Assembly: GCA_050916045.1 (NCBI GenBank)
Contig: CP051526.1
Span: 2,016,001 to 2,080,000 of the forward strand
Length of the DNA: 64,000 nucleotides
Source: Tepidisphaera sp.
Lineage (GTDB): Bacteria; Planctomycetota; Phycisphaerae; Phycisphaerales; UBA1924
Direction: 5' to 3'
Shown piece after piece: positions 1-9,189 of the stretch (position 1 is its first letter; every line of letters starts with the position of its first letter). The position numbers and the translations under genes were made by a program. The notes beneath the pieces were generated by a model. The model had not been told where the DNA came from and made no database searches. It worked only from the letters and a program-made list of their open reading frames with translations.

Positions 1-7
1 TCCCACA

Positions 8-64
8 GCAACTCCTCCCCCGCCCCCGGCGGGGGAGGTGCCGAGTCTTCGAGGCGGAGGGGGT
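8..64. repeat. GC-rich double-hairpin REP-like element (copy 1)
   Basis: gcaactcctcccccgcccccggcgggggaggtgccgagtcttcgaggcggaggggg; near-identical copy with compensatory stem changes at 666-724. Confidence 0.7.
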
Positions 65-131
65 TCTTCGGCTCGTAGTGAATGACGCGCAGCCTCAGCA
101 ACTGCCCCATGGCAAACAGAGTTCCGCCACT

Positions 132-212
132 AGCCCGCAGGGCTGAAAGAAAGTAGCCGGGGGCAACGCCCCCGGTGAGCCCGCCCCCACAACCCGACCC
201 TGCAAGGATCGG
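132..212 (+). repeat. GTAG-type REP-like element related to those flanking tnpA at 15.6-16.4 kb
   Basis: Small hairpin, then GTAG (153-156) followed by CCGGGGG...CCCCCGG palindrome, then a second hairpin; same layout as 15587-15685. Confidence 0.65.
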
Positions 213-355
213 ATCAAAACCCGCGACCGAACGACCCGACGACACAACACGCAACCCGTGCGCACACCGCGCCCGAATCTCTCCCCACGCCCCAACTTTC
301 CCGAAAGCTTCTCCCCTCCCCGCGCCTTCTCTCCGCGGGAACAAAGGGGGCCCAG

Positions 356-1105
356 ATGTCCATACAGCCGTCCACGCACGACGAGATCCTCGCCACCTGG
401 CTCGAGGAACACGGGGACCTCGAAATGGTCCTCTTCAAGCACAAGCTGACTCCGGCAGAACTCCGAGCCTTCGTCGCCGACCCGCTCGTCATCGCGACAA
501 TGGACGCCCACGAATCGCTCCTCGCAAGACGCCGCCGCATCCTCGCCTCGATGCACATGCAAAACGCAGCCGAGATGCTCAGCAAATCCATGTTCGAGTC
601 AAGCTCCCTCATCGAATGCCGCCGCGCCGCCACCTCACTCGCAAGACTCACCCGCGACATGACGCGCAACTCCTCCCCCGGCCCCGCCGGGGGAGGTGGC
701 CGAGTCCGCGAGGCCGGAGGGGGTGCGTCCGCCCCCAGAGAGACGACCGCGCAAGCGGTCGCCCCCCACTCCCCCCTCCCTCTCCCCGTCGCTTCGAACG
801 GGGAGAGGTGCCCGAAGGGCGGTGAGGGATCTTCTATGGACGCCCAAATCACGACGCACGCCCCACCCCCAACCCGCGAGCCGGGGCGTGTCGCCCCGCC
901 CTCTCCCCCCGCTGCTCCAATCACGGCTCGTGACGGAAGAACTCCCAACCAGCCCCTCCACAAACCACACCAACCAACATCCGCTTCACTCCCAACCACA
1001 CAAAACCTCACCCCACACCCACGCCGCAAGTCCGCAAGCTCATCGACTCCCTCCGCCGACCCCACGCAGCCCACGCTCGAATCCGCCCATCACGGCTGGA
1101 GCTGA
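356..1105 (+). CDS. Hypothetical protein; helical N-terminal ~100 aa and a Pro-rich tail partly encoded by REP-like repeats
   Basis: ORF with plausible codon usage in the N-terminal part; no family recognised. Confidence 0.55.
   Translation: MSIQPSTHDEILATWLEEHGDLEMVLFKHKLTPAELRAFVADPLVIATMDAHESLLARRRRILASMHMQNAAEMLSKSMFESSSLIECRRAATSLARLTRDMTRNSSPGPAGGGGRVREAGGGASAPRETTAQAVAPHSPLPLPVASNGERCPKGGEGSSMDAQITTHAPPPTREPGRVAPPSPPAAPITARDGRTPNQPLHKPHQPTSASLPTTQNLTPHPRRKSASSSTPSADPTQPTLESAHHGWS
666..829. repeat. Two GC-rich double-hairpin REP-like elements inside the ORF
   Basis: 666-724 matches 8-64; 775-829 has ctctcccc-loop-ggggagag-gtgcccgaagggcggtgaggg with the same architecture. Confidence 0.65.
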
Positions 1106-1264
1106 TGCGGACCGAAGAAAGCTCCACTCCAACCACGATCCCACTTCACCGCACGCGTAAACTCCGCAGCTTTCCGCGGCGGTGTTGCGCGGCATCCGCC
1201 CGCCAGCATCCAGGCCGCGGAATGTCGTGACCACGATCGGAAGTCCCCCGAGTGGAGATCCGCG

Positions 1265-1588
1265 ATGAAGTGCCCCGTCTGCCCCGACGTCGTTCTGAGT
1301 GTTGGCAACCGCGAAGGCATCGAGATCGACTACTGCCCAAGGTGCCGCGGCATCTGGCTCGATCGCAACGAACTCGACAAGATCATCGAGCGTTCCGCAA
1401 GGCTTGATTCCGACCTTCACCACGAAAGCGACCGAAGCCGCGGCTCCGCTCGCGCCCCCGAGCCCCACCAGGGGCAGCACCCGCAGCACTTCGGCTCAAG
1501 CAACGACAGCTCCCACGGAAACTTCCGCTACCAGGATCCCCATCGCAAGAAGAAGGGCGGCTGGCTCGGAGACCTGCTGGACTTCTAA
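1265..1588 (+). CDS. zf-TFIIB-like zinc-ribbon protein
   Basis: MKCPVC...IEIDYCPRCRGIWLDRNELDKII and C-terminal KKKGGWLGDLLDF; GGAG SD upstream. Confidence 0.9.
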   Translation: MKCPVCPDVVLSVGNREGIEIDYCPRCRGIWLDRNELDKIIERSARLDSDLHHESDRSRGSARAPEPHQGQHPQHFGSSNDSSHGNFRYQDPHRKKKGGWLGDLLDF

Positions 1589-1668
1589 CCCCGCGAGACG
1601 CCGCTTCGACGCGTGGTGGATGGATTCCCCGATCGCAGAGCCCTTTCGCGCCCAGACCCGCGCGCTCA

Positions 1669-1708
1669 TAAAACAAAACAACCCCGGCGGTGTGGGCGCC
1701 GGGGTCGT
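1669..1708 (-). terminator. Intrinsic terminator between convergent genes
   Basis: accccggcg/cgccggggt stem; T-rich tail on the minus strand (plus strand aaaacaaaacaa). Confidence 0.65.
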
Positions 1709-1734
1709 TCTCGCGACTGATCGAGATCGAGCAA

Positions 1735-2323
1735 TCAGTTCCGGCGGCGACGTGCCGCAAAGAGCCCTGCGACCGCGAGAACACCCGTCGCGCCCGGAGC
1801 CGGCACGAGGAACCCGCGGATCTCACCCCCGTGAAGGAGGTGGTGTGAATGTTGAAGTACGCCCGGCCTTCGGCGAACGAAGCCAGCATCCGGTTCATCG
1901 CCTGCGAGATCGTGCCCCCGCTCGCGGTGATGAACGCCGCGTTGTACGAGCTGGCAAGGGTGAGGTCGAAGGTACGCTCGTAGTGGCCAGAGGAGACGCC
2001 GGTCGGGAAGCCGGGGAAGCTCGGGGTGGGCGTCATCACGCCGGCGGTTCCGGCGAAGGGGGTGACGGTGGGCCCGTGGATGTGGGCAGCCGTGACGGTA
2101 CCGATCAGGTCGCTGAAATCAGCCACGATGTGCATGGTCGCGAGGTCGAGGTCGATGGTGATGGTGGCGAACCCGGTCCCGGGGGAGTTGTTGGGCGGGC
2201 TTCGGCGGGCCCGCTCATGGACGCGGTGTAGACGATCTCGTGGGCCGCGGCCGAGCCGGCAGAGAGAAGCAGCGAAGCGGCGAAGAACGCGGATCGGGAA
2301 AGGAAGGACGACGATGCTGACAT
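1735..2323 (-). pseudogene. CHRD-domain PEP-CTERM-type exported protein, broken by two single-base deletions (pseudogene or sequencing error)
   Basis: Signal peptide, AAHIH and YFNIHT CHRD motifs. Adding one C near 2197 and one G in the run at 1826-1830 restores ...EAPPNNSPGTG...FTGGEIRGFLVPAPGATGVLAVAGLFAARRRRN*. Confidence 0.85.
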
Positions 2324-2545
2324 GGTGATCTCCAGACTCTGCTCAAGCGAGCAATGGGCGGCGTGGTCCGAAGGGACGTGCGACAAGCACGTCGGGCAAG
2401 CCGAACTTCCGAACTTGGACCTCGGGGTTGTCGGACATCGGCGCGCGGCGACAGACGCCTCACGCGCCTGCCGCTACGGGGACCACGTCATGAATGCGGA
2501 CCATCATTGCGACAATCCGCATAAAGAAACGTTTAAGTGGGGCGA

Positions 2546-2824
2546 TCAGGTGGGAAGGGAGTAGAAGCCCTGGCCGTGATCCTTGATCAGCTTGCGAGCG
2601 GCGAGCTCTTTCCAGACTTCCCGGGGGAACTGATTGGGCGGCTGGATCTGGTCGATGTCGGACTTCTTGCCGCCGGTCATCGGCTTGCCGGCGCCGAGGC
2701 TCGATTCCTGATCGAGACGCATGAGCTTGATGCGCTTCTTGAACGCACCCAGGGCTTGCTTGAGGACTTCTTCGGAGGGTGCTGGCTTGGGAGCGGCGCC
2801 GGGCGGGGTCGGAGTGGTGTCCAT
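2546..2824 (-). CDS. Small conserved-looking hypothetical protein, possibly winged-helix-like
   Basis: LKQALGAFKKRIKLMRLDQES...PPNQFPREVWKELAARKLIKDHGQGFYSL; TAGACT 8 nt before ATG. Confidence 0.75.
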   Translation of the reverse strand: MDTTPTPPGAAPKPAPSEEVLKQALGAFKKRIKLMRLDQESSLGAGKPMTGGKKSDIDQIQPPNQFPREVWKELAARKLIKDHGQGFYSLPT

Positions 2825-2894
2825 GTCGTCACAGTCTACCGACAAACGGGGGCGGGTTGAGAGCAAGTGGGCCACGAGGCGCCGCGATGGGATG

Positions 2895-3299
2895 TCAGGC
2901 GGAGCGAACGAGCGTGGCACCCGCGAGCACCAGGAGGAGTCCGAGTCCGACGCTCGCCAGGACGTAGAGAGCGGCGGCGAGAATCCGCCCGGCGGCGAGG
3001 AGGGTGTGGGTTTCCCAGGCGAAGGCGGAAAAGGTCGTAAAGCCGCCGAGCAGGCCGACGAGAAGCGCGAGCCTCAGGTCTTCGCGGACGGAGTGGGCCA
3101 GCGCGGTGGCGAGGATGCCCATGGCCAAGCAGCCGATGAGGTTGACCGCGAGGGTGCCCCACGGGAACGCGGGGACGCTGGGAGCGGTCGGCTGGGGGAG
3201 GAAAGCTTGCGTGAGCGAGACCAGACCGAAGCGGGCGAGGGTGCCGACCGCGCCGGCGGCGGCGATCATCAGGACGCCCGCGGCGGAAGGGGGCGTCAC
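2895..3299 (-). CDS. crcB: Fluoride efflux channel CrcB/FluC
   Basis: FPWGTLAVNLIGC and GLLGGFTTFSAF motifs, four TM helices. Confidence 0.95.
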   Translation of the reverse strand: MTPPSAAGVLMIAAAGAVGTLARFGLVSLTQAFLPQPTAPSVPAFPWGTLAVNLIGCLAMGILATALAHSVREDLRLALLVGLLGGFTTFSAFAWETHTLLAAGRILAAALYVLASVGLGLLLVLAGATLVRSA

Positions 3300-4195
3300 T
3301 TCTTCTTGTCTCCGCCGAAGATGTCCTTGACGGCGTTGTCGAGGCCCTTCTGGACCTTGTCCTGGGCAGTCTTGGCGGCGTCGCCAAGGCCTTTCTCGAG
3401 CTGCTGGCGGGCGTTGTCGGCGGCTTTCTGGAGCTCGGTGCCGACCTGCGAGGTGACCTTGATGCCGAGTTCGTCGAGATTGCCGAGTGCGCCGAGCTGG
3501 GACTGGAGGTCAGAGAGCATGTCGGCGGGGATGATGCCGTTTCCGTTGGCGCTGGCGGTGGCGAGCACGGTGCGGACGACGATGCCGAGGATGTCGGACA
3601 TGGGGAGGCCGTTGCTTGCGGTTCCTAGGTCGGTGAGCTTGATCTCGTCGATGGGGACGACGAGGGAGCCGACGGGGAGGGAGGAGTCGAGCATGTCGAC
3701 CGTGACCTTGATGTCCCTGATGTCGAGGTCCTTGATGATGAACTTCTTGCCGGGCTCGGTCGAAGCCGGCGCGGGCTTGTCGGAGGAGGACTTGAGCTTG
3801 GCGAGGTTGTCGAGGATGACTTTGTAGTTGGTCTTGCCGTCCTTGCGTTCGAGGGTGACGCGGATGGTGGAGGCTTGGACCTTGGGGATTGTGACGACGT
3901 CCTCGCGGAGGGAGGCGACGGAGACCTGAACGGCGGCGTCGCCGAGAGACATGAACTGAGCGGCTTTGAAGCCTTCGGGGTTGGCGACGGTGAGGGAGTT
4001 GATGGCGGCTTTGCCGGAGAAGAGTCCGACATCGGCGGAGCCGAGGGAGGTTTTGGTGCCCAGGGCGTAGGTGCCGCCCTTCTCGACACCGAGCTTGACG
4101 AGGTCGTTGATGTAGTAGAGGCCGCCGGAGAGACCGACGACGAGGAAGAGAGCGACGAGGATGAGGGCGACGGCGAGCTTTTTGACCAGTTTCAT
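3296..4195 (-). CDS. AsmA-like family protein
   Basis: N-terminal TM anchor, VANPEGF motif, beta-rich body, overlaps crcB by 4 bp. Confidence 0.75.
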   Translation of the reverse strand: MKLVKKLAVALILVALFLVVGLSGGLYYINDLVKLGVEKGGTYALGTKTSLGSADVGLFSGKAAINSLTVANPEGFKAAQFMSLGDAAVQVSVASLREDVVTIPKVQASTIRVTLERKDGKTNYKVILDNLAKLKSSSDKPAPASTEPGKKFIIKDLDIRDIKVTVDMLDSSLPVGSLVVPIDEIKLTDLGTASNGLPMSDILGIVVRTVLATASANGNGIIPADMLSDLQSQLGALGNLDELGIKVTSQVGTELQKAADNARQQLEKGLGDAAKTAQDKVQKGLDNAVKDIFGGDKKK

Positions 4196-4216
4196 GAGGA
4201 TGATTCCGTGATGGGA

Positions 4217-5683
4217 TCAGTCGAGTTCGGAGGGGTCTGGGAGGCGAGCGGTGACCTTGACGGGCATCGCACCCGCGACGGCGCCGTTTCGGAGGATGGT
4301 GAATTCGACATCATCACCGGTGAGCCAGCCGCGTTCGAGCATGAGGGCGGCCAGGTCGAGGGAGGAGCGGACGACCGTGCTTCCGACGGCGAGGATGACG
4401 GTGCCGGGCTTGAATCCGGCGTCGGCGAAGGGCGAACCTTCGCGGATGAGTGTGACCATGACGCCCTGAGGCGTGTCGTCGACCTGGACGCCGGCGTGGC
4501 GGTCGAGGAAGAACGCGGGGTTGCCGACGAGGGCGGTGGCGGGCATCTCGCCGAGGATGACGGTCGAGTCGATGAACTTGGACTCGCGCCAGACGCGGAC
4601 GGTGACGGGCTGGCCGGGGCGGATGGAGCCGACGATACCGCGGAGGGCGGAGAAGGAGGGGACGGCTTGGCCGCTGATGGTCGTGACGACATCGCCGGGG
4701 CGGAGGCCGGCGGCGTCGGCGGGGCCGCGCGGCGTCACTTCGCGGATGACCAGGCCGGTGCCGCGGAAGCGGTCGCCCTCGTAGATCGCGAAGGACTCAG
4801 AGCGTCCAAAGCCGCTGGTGCCGAAGTTCAGGCCGAGGAAGCCGCGGAGGACGCGGCCGTTCTGGATGAGCTGCTCGGCGACGTACTCGACGGTGCTCAC
4901 GGGGATGGCGAAACTGATGCCGGCGGACTGGCCGTTCTCAGCGTTGGTGCCGCGTTCGGCGCGGGCGGTGGCGATGGCGACGTTCATGCCGACGACGCGG
5001 CCCTTGACATCGACGAGCGGACCGCCGGAGTTGCCGGGGTTGACGGCGGCGTCGGTCTGGATGAGGTTGGAGAAGCCGCCGAGCTCGACGGCGGGGCCCG
5101 CGACGCGGCCGAGGCCGGAGATGATGCCCTCGGACATCGAGAACTTGTAGCCGAAGGGGGAGCCGAAGGCGAAGACGCGGTCGCCCTGCTGCTGCACGAC
5201 GTCGGCAGCGCGGCGGGCGGCGAAGAGGCCGGGGATCGAGTCAACCTTGACGACGGCGACATCCGTGAGGGCGTCGGAGCCGACGACCTCGCCAGCGACG
5301 ACGAGGCCGTCGAAGAACTGGACGCTCACCTGTCGTGCGCCGCGGACGACGTGGGCGTTGGTGATGATGTGGCCCTGGGTGTCGAAGACCCAGCCGGAGC
5401 CGGTGGAGCCGCCGCGGGAGGTGCGGACGTCGAGGTGGACGACGGAGGGTTCGACGGCGGTGGCGATGGCGCGGGTGGCGGCGTTGATCTGCTCGAGGAT
5501 GGGCATCGCGTCGAGCTGCTGGGTGGCGGCTTGGACCTGAGCGGCGACGCGGACGGCGGAAGCCATCTGGACGGCGCGGGGTACGGCCCAGAGGGCTCCG
5601 ATGGCGACCATGAGGACGACGAGAGCCGGACCGAACGCGATGATCCTCCGCATGTGCCGAATCCTCCTCGTGGGCGCATCCAC
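4217..5683 (-). CDS. HtrA/DegQ-type trypsin-like serine protease with PDZ domains
   Basis: TNAHVV, TDVAV, QTDAAVNPGNSGGPL triad motifs plus two PDZ-like segments; start could be 5653. Confidence 0.92.
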   Translation of the reverse strand: MDAPTRRIRHMRRIIAFGPALVVLMVAIGALWAVPRAVQMASAVRVAAQVQAATQQLDAMPILEQINAATRAIATAVEPSVVHLDVRTSRGGSTGSGWVFDTQGHIITNAHVVRGARQVSVQFFDGLVVAGEVVGSDALTDVAVVKVDSIPGLFAARRAADVVQQQGDRVFAFGSPFGYKFSMSEGIISGLGRVAGPAVELGGFSNLIQTDAAVNPGNSGGPLVDVKGRVVGMNVAIATARAERGTNAENGQSAGISFAIPVSTVEYVAEQLIQNGRVLRGFLGLNFGTSGFGRSESFAIYEGDRFRGTGLVIREVTPRGPADAAGLRPGDVVTTISGQAVPSFSALRGIVGSIRPGQPVTVRVWRESKFIDSTVILGEMPATALVGNPAFFLDRHAGVQVDDTPQGVMVTLIREGSPFADAGFKPGTVILAVGSTVVRSSLDLAALMLERGWLTGDDVEFTILRNGAVAGAMPVKVTARLPDPSELD

Positions 5684-5741
5684 GAACCAAGGAAGAGTAT
5701 CGGCGTCGCGGTCGCGGGGGCTTGGACTTCGCCGGGGGGGG

Positions 5742-6584
5742 TCAGAAGGTGGAGGGAGGAACGGATTCGCCGGGTTTCATGGTGTAGCGAGCGCCGCCGA
5801 CGGCGCGGCGGGCGACACGCGAGGTCCACTCGGCGGCGGCGGCGGTGATGGCGGGGCCGAGGGAAGCGACGGGCTCGGCGAAGCGGGGCGGGGAATCGGA
5901 CATGCCGAGGAGGTCGTGGACGACGAGGACCTGGCCGTGGCAGGCGGGGCCGGCACCGATGCCGATGAGGGGGGCGGAGGTGCGCTGCATGATGGCGGCG
6001 GTGACCTCGTCGGGGACGGCTTCGGCGAGGAGCATGACGGCGCCGGCTTGTTCGAGGGCGGCGGCGTCGTCGATGATGCGGGCGGCTTCATCGGAAGTGC
6101 GGCCGGCGGAGCCGTAGCCGCTGGTGAGGGCGGCTCGCTGGGGGCGGCTTCCGACGTGGGCGCAGACGGGGATTCCAGCGCGGGTCATTCGTTCGACGAG
6201 GGGTGCGAAGGAGGCGTCGGCTTCGAGCTTGACGATGTCGGCGCGGCCTTCGACGAGGAAGCGGCCGGCGTTGGCGATGGCGTCGTCGGGGGAGGCGTGG
6301 TAGGACATGAAGGGCATGTCGGCCATGACGACCACGTCGGGGGCGCCGCGTTTGACGCCGGCGGTGAGGGTGACCATGAAGTCGAGGGGGGCGTCGATGG
6401 TGCGGTCAAAGCCGAGGACCATCTCGGCGGCGGTGTCGCCGACGAGGAGGACGTGGACGCCGCCGCGCGCGAGGAGGCGGGCGGTGGTGGCGTCGTAGCA
6501 GGTGAGGCAGGAGAAGGGCCGCGACTCGGAAGCCATGCGGCGGAGGGTCTTGAGGGTGACCGGGCCGGGAGCGGGCGTATTCAT
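5742..6584 (-). CDS. panB: 3-methyl-2-oxobutanoate hydroxymethyltransferase
   Basis: LTCYD, LLVGD, MADMPFMSY, VKLE, IGIGAGPACHGQVLVVHDLLG. Confidence 0.95.
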   Translation of the reverse strand: MNTPAPGPVTLKTLRRMASESRPFSCLTCYDATTARLLARGGVHVLLVGDTAAEMVLGFDRTIDAPLDFMVTLTAGVKRGAPDVVVMADMPFMSYHASPDDAIANAGRFLVEGRADIVKLEADASFAPLVERMTRAGIPVCAHVGSRPQRAALTSGYGSAGRTSDEAARIIDDAAALEQAGAVMLLAEAVPDEVTAAIMQRTSAPLIGIGAGPACHGQVLVVHDLLGMSDSPPRFAEPVASLGPAITAAAAEWTSRVARRAVGGARYTMKPGESVPPSTF

Positions 6585-6610
6585 CGGGGAAATCGTAGGG
6601 CGAGCGTTGG

Positions 6611-7891
6611 TCAGGGACGGGGGAGGCGCTGTTCAGCGGCGCGGGCGTGGGCTTCGAGGGATTCGAGGCGGGCGAAGCGGGCGGTGTCGGTGATGGATGA
6701 GGTTTCCGGCGAGGTCGGCGCGGCGTCGCGGCGAAGGAAGGTGCGGGCGCGGAGGAAGGTAAGGACGGAGAGGCCGGCGGAGAAGCGGGCGGAAGAGCTT
6801 GTGGGAAGGGTGTGGTTGGGGCCCAGGCCGTAGTCGCCGAAGACTTCGGCGGAAGCTTCGCCGAGGAAGACCGCGCCGGCGTGGAGGCAGCGGGAAGCGG
6901 CGGCTTGGGTGTCGGCGGTGAGGATCTCGAGGTGTTCGGGGGCGATGTCGTTGGTGAGGGCGATGGCGTGGTCGAGGGAGTCGCAGAGGATGATGCCGGA
7001 GTTTCGGGCGGCGCGGGCGGCTGTGGTGCGGTTGGGTTCGGGGAGGGCGAGGCACTGGGCTTCGAAGGCGCGGGCGACCTCGCGGGCGAGGGAGGGGGAG
7101 GTGGTGAGGAGGATGGCGCGGGCGTCGTCGTCGTGCTCGGCTTGGGCGAGGAGGTCGGCGGCGATGGTGTCGGGGGAGGCGGGGATGGTGTCGTGGAGGA
7201 TGGTGAGTTCGCTGGGGCCGGCGAGCATGTCGATGCCGACATCGCCGAAGACGAGTTTCTTGGCGGCGGTGACGAACTTGTTGCCGGGGCCGGCGATGAG
7301 GTCGACTGGGGCGAAGGAGAGGGAGGGGAGGCCGTAGGCGAGGGCGGCGATGGCGTGGGCTCCGCCGATGGTGAGCATGGCGTCGGCGCCGGCGACGATG
7401 GCGGCGGCGAAGGTGATGGGTGCGGGTTTGGGAGAGGCGACGATGATGCGCGGGACGCCTGCGGCGCGGGCGACGCACGCGGTCATGAGGACGGAGGAGG
7501 GGAGCGGATAGCGGCCGCCGGGGGCGTAGCAGCCGGCGGATTGGACGGGGATGAGCGTCTGGCCGGCGGTACCGGAAGGGATGGGGGTTTCGAAGTCGCG
7601 GATGGAGTCGCGCTGGGCGAGGGCGAAGGCGGTGATGCGGTCCGCGGCGCGGCGGAGGAGGTCGAAGTCGGCTTGGGGGACGGAGCGGGCGCGGAAGGCG
7701 ATCTCGTCGCGGTCGAGCAGGAGCGGGTCGCCGGGGGCGAGTTCGCGGAAAGTTTCGGCGAAGCGGCGGGCGGCGGGTTCGCCGTGCGCGCGGACGTCAG
7801 CGACGATGGACGCGACGGTCGCGAGGGTTTCGGCGGAGACGGGCGAGGTGCGGGCTCGCGCGAGGTCGGATGGGGTGATGATGTTCAGCAT
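6611..7891 (-). CDS. hisD: Histidinol dehydrogenase
   Basis: YAPGG, GPGNKFV, IDMLAGPSE, QAEHD, APEHLE, GDYGLGPNHTLPT. Confidence 0.96.
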   Translation of the reverse strand: MLNIITPSDLARARTSPVSAETLATVASIVADVRAHGEPAARRFAETFRELAPGDPLLLDRDEIAFRARSVPQADFDLLRRAADRITAFALAQRDSIRDFETPIPSGTAGQTLIPVQSAGCYAPGGRYPLPSSVLMTACVARAAGVPRIIVASPKPAPITFAAAIVAGADAMLTIGGAHAIAALAYGLPSLSFAPVDLIAGPGNKFVTAAKKLVFGDVGIDMLAGPSELTILHDTIPASPDTIAADLLAQAEHDDDARAILLTTSPSLAREVARAFEAQCLALPEPNRTTAARAARNSGIILCDSLDHAIALTNDIAPEHLEILTADTQAAASRCLHAGAVFLGEASAEVFGDYGLGPNHTLPTSSSARFSAGLSVLTFLRARTFLRRDAAPTSPETSSITDTARFARLESLEAHARAAEQRLPRP

Positions 7892-9189
7892 GAGGAGTTG
7901 GTGGAGGGTTTGGCGTTGCCGGGGCGGCGGGAGATGCGGAGGGCGCGGCGGGAGAGTTCGGATTCGACGTCGGCGAGGGAGAGGTTGTGGGCGGCGAGGG
8001 CGGCGGCGGTGAAATAGAGGACGTCGGCGGCTTCTTCGGTGATGCGGGTTGAGTTGGGGGAGGGAGCTTGGAGTTCGAGGGCGAGTTCGGCGGCTTCTTC
8101 GCGGAGTTTGGAGGTGAGGAGGGCGGGGTCGGAGAAGAGGCGGGCGGAGTAGGAGCCCTGAGGGGGGGAGCGGCGGCGATCGGCGAGGGTTTGCTCGAGG
8201 GCAGGGAAGCCGGGGAGGTCGCCCCAGCAGGTGGCGGTGTTCTGGTGGCAGAAACCGGGCGGGGCTTGCCGGACGGTGAAGCGAAGGCAGTCGCGGTCGC
8301 AGTCGAGGTCGATTTTGAGGAGCTTTTGGGTTGCGCCGCTGGTTTGGCCCTTGACCCAGAGGCCGCGTTTGCGGGAGTGGTAGACGCCGACACCGAGGCG
8401 GACGGCTTCGCGGAGGCTTTCGCGTGAGGAGTAGGTGAGGCCGAGGGCGCGGTGGTGTTCGTCGACAACGACGGTGGGGATGAGGTCGTCGGGGCGGTCG
8501 GAGGTGAGGGGAGCGGCGATGGCGTCGGCGAGGTCGATGGCTCCGGTGTAGATGGCCATGCCGACCTGGACGTCGATGCCGAGGCGGTCGAGGGCGGCGA
8601 TCTCTTCGGTGGTTTTGAGGCCTCCGGCGACGGTAAGCTTGGCTTGACCGACGGCGGGGAGGAGGGCGGCGGCCATGTCGACGGGGAGGCCGACCATGCG
8701 GCCTTCGCGTTCGACGAAGGTGACGAGGAAGCCGCCGACGAGGGGGGCGAGTTCGGCGAGGACGGTTTCTACGCGGCGGCCGGTGCCTTCACGCCAGCCT
8801 TTGACGACGACTTCGCCGTTGAAACAGTCGACGGCGGCGATGAGGCGTTCGCGGGGGATGCCTCGGGCGGCGAGGTCGGCGAGGAAGGCGGGGGTGGCGG
8901 CGGTGCCGATGATGACTTTGGAGGCTCCGGCGTCGAGCCAGCGGATGACGGCTTCGGGGGTGCGGATGCCGCCGCCGACGCGGCAGGCGTGATCGCGGAG
9001 GAGGGGCTCGATGAGGGCGGCGTTGCTGCCTGTTCCGATCGCGGCGTCGAGGTCGATGACGGCGATCTCGCCGGCGAGGGAGAACTTGGCGGCGATGGGC
9101 GCGGGGGGGCCGGCGTCGAGCTTTTTCTCGCGGCCGCCGATGAGCTGGACGGTGGAGCCGGCCATGAGGTCGATGGAGGGGATGATCAC
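7885..9189 (-). CDS. hisAIE: Fused HisA-like isomerase / phosphoribosyl-AMP cyclohydrolase (HisI) / phosphoribosyl-ATP pyrophosphatase (HisE)
   Basis: GTG start overlapping the hisHF stop; IIPSID and GGGIR (HisA), LWVKGQTSG..DCDRD..FCH..TCW (HisI), SYSARL..KLREEAAE..EEAADVLY (HisE). Confidence 0.92.
   Translation of the reverse strand: MIIPSIDLMAGSTVQLIGGREKKLDAGPPAPIAAKFSLAGEIAVIDLDAAIGTGSNAALIEPLLRDHACRVGGGIRTPEAVIRWLDAGASKVIIGTAATPAFLADLAARGIPRERLIAAVDCFNGEVVVKGWREGTGRRVETVLAELAPLVGGFLVTFVEREGRMVGLPVDMAAALLPAVGQAKLTVAGGLKTTEEIAALDRLGIDVQVGMAIYTGAIDLADAIAAPLTSDRPDDLIPTVVVDEHHRALGLTYSSRESLREAVRLGVGVYHSRKRGLWVKGQTSGATQKLLKIDLDCDRDCLRFTVRQAPPGFCHQNTATCWGDLPGFPALEQTLADRRRSPPQGSYSARLFSDPALLTSKLREEAAELALELQAPSPNSTRITEEAADVLYFTAAALAAHNLSLADVESELSRRALRISRRPGNAKPSTNSSC

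Noticed and set aside
340..353. 14-mer gaacaaagggggcc shared with the minus strand at about 46870-46883 (possible ECF promoter)
   Set aside because: Only two instances with inconsistent downstream -10 sequences; may be chance.
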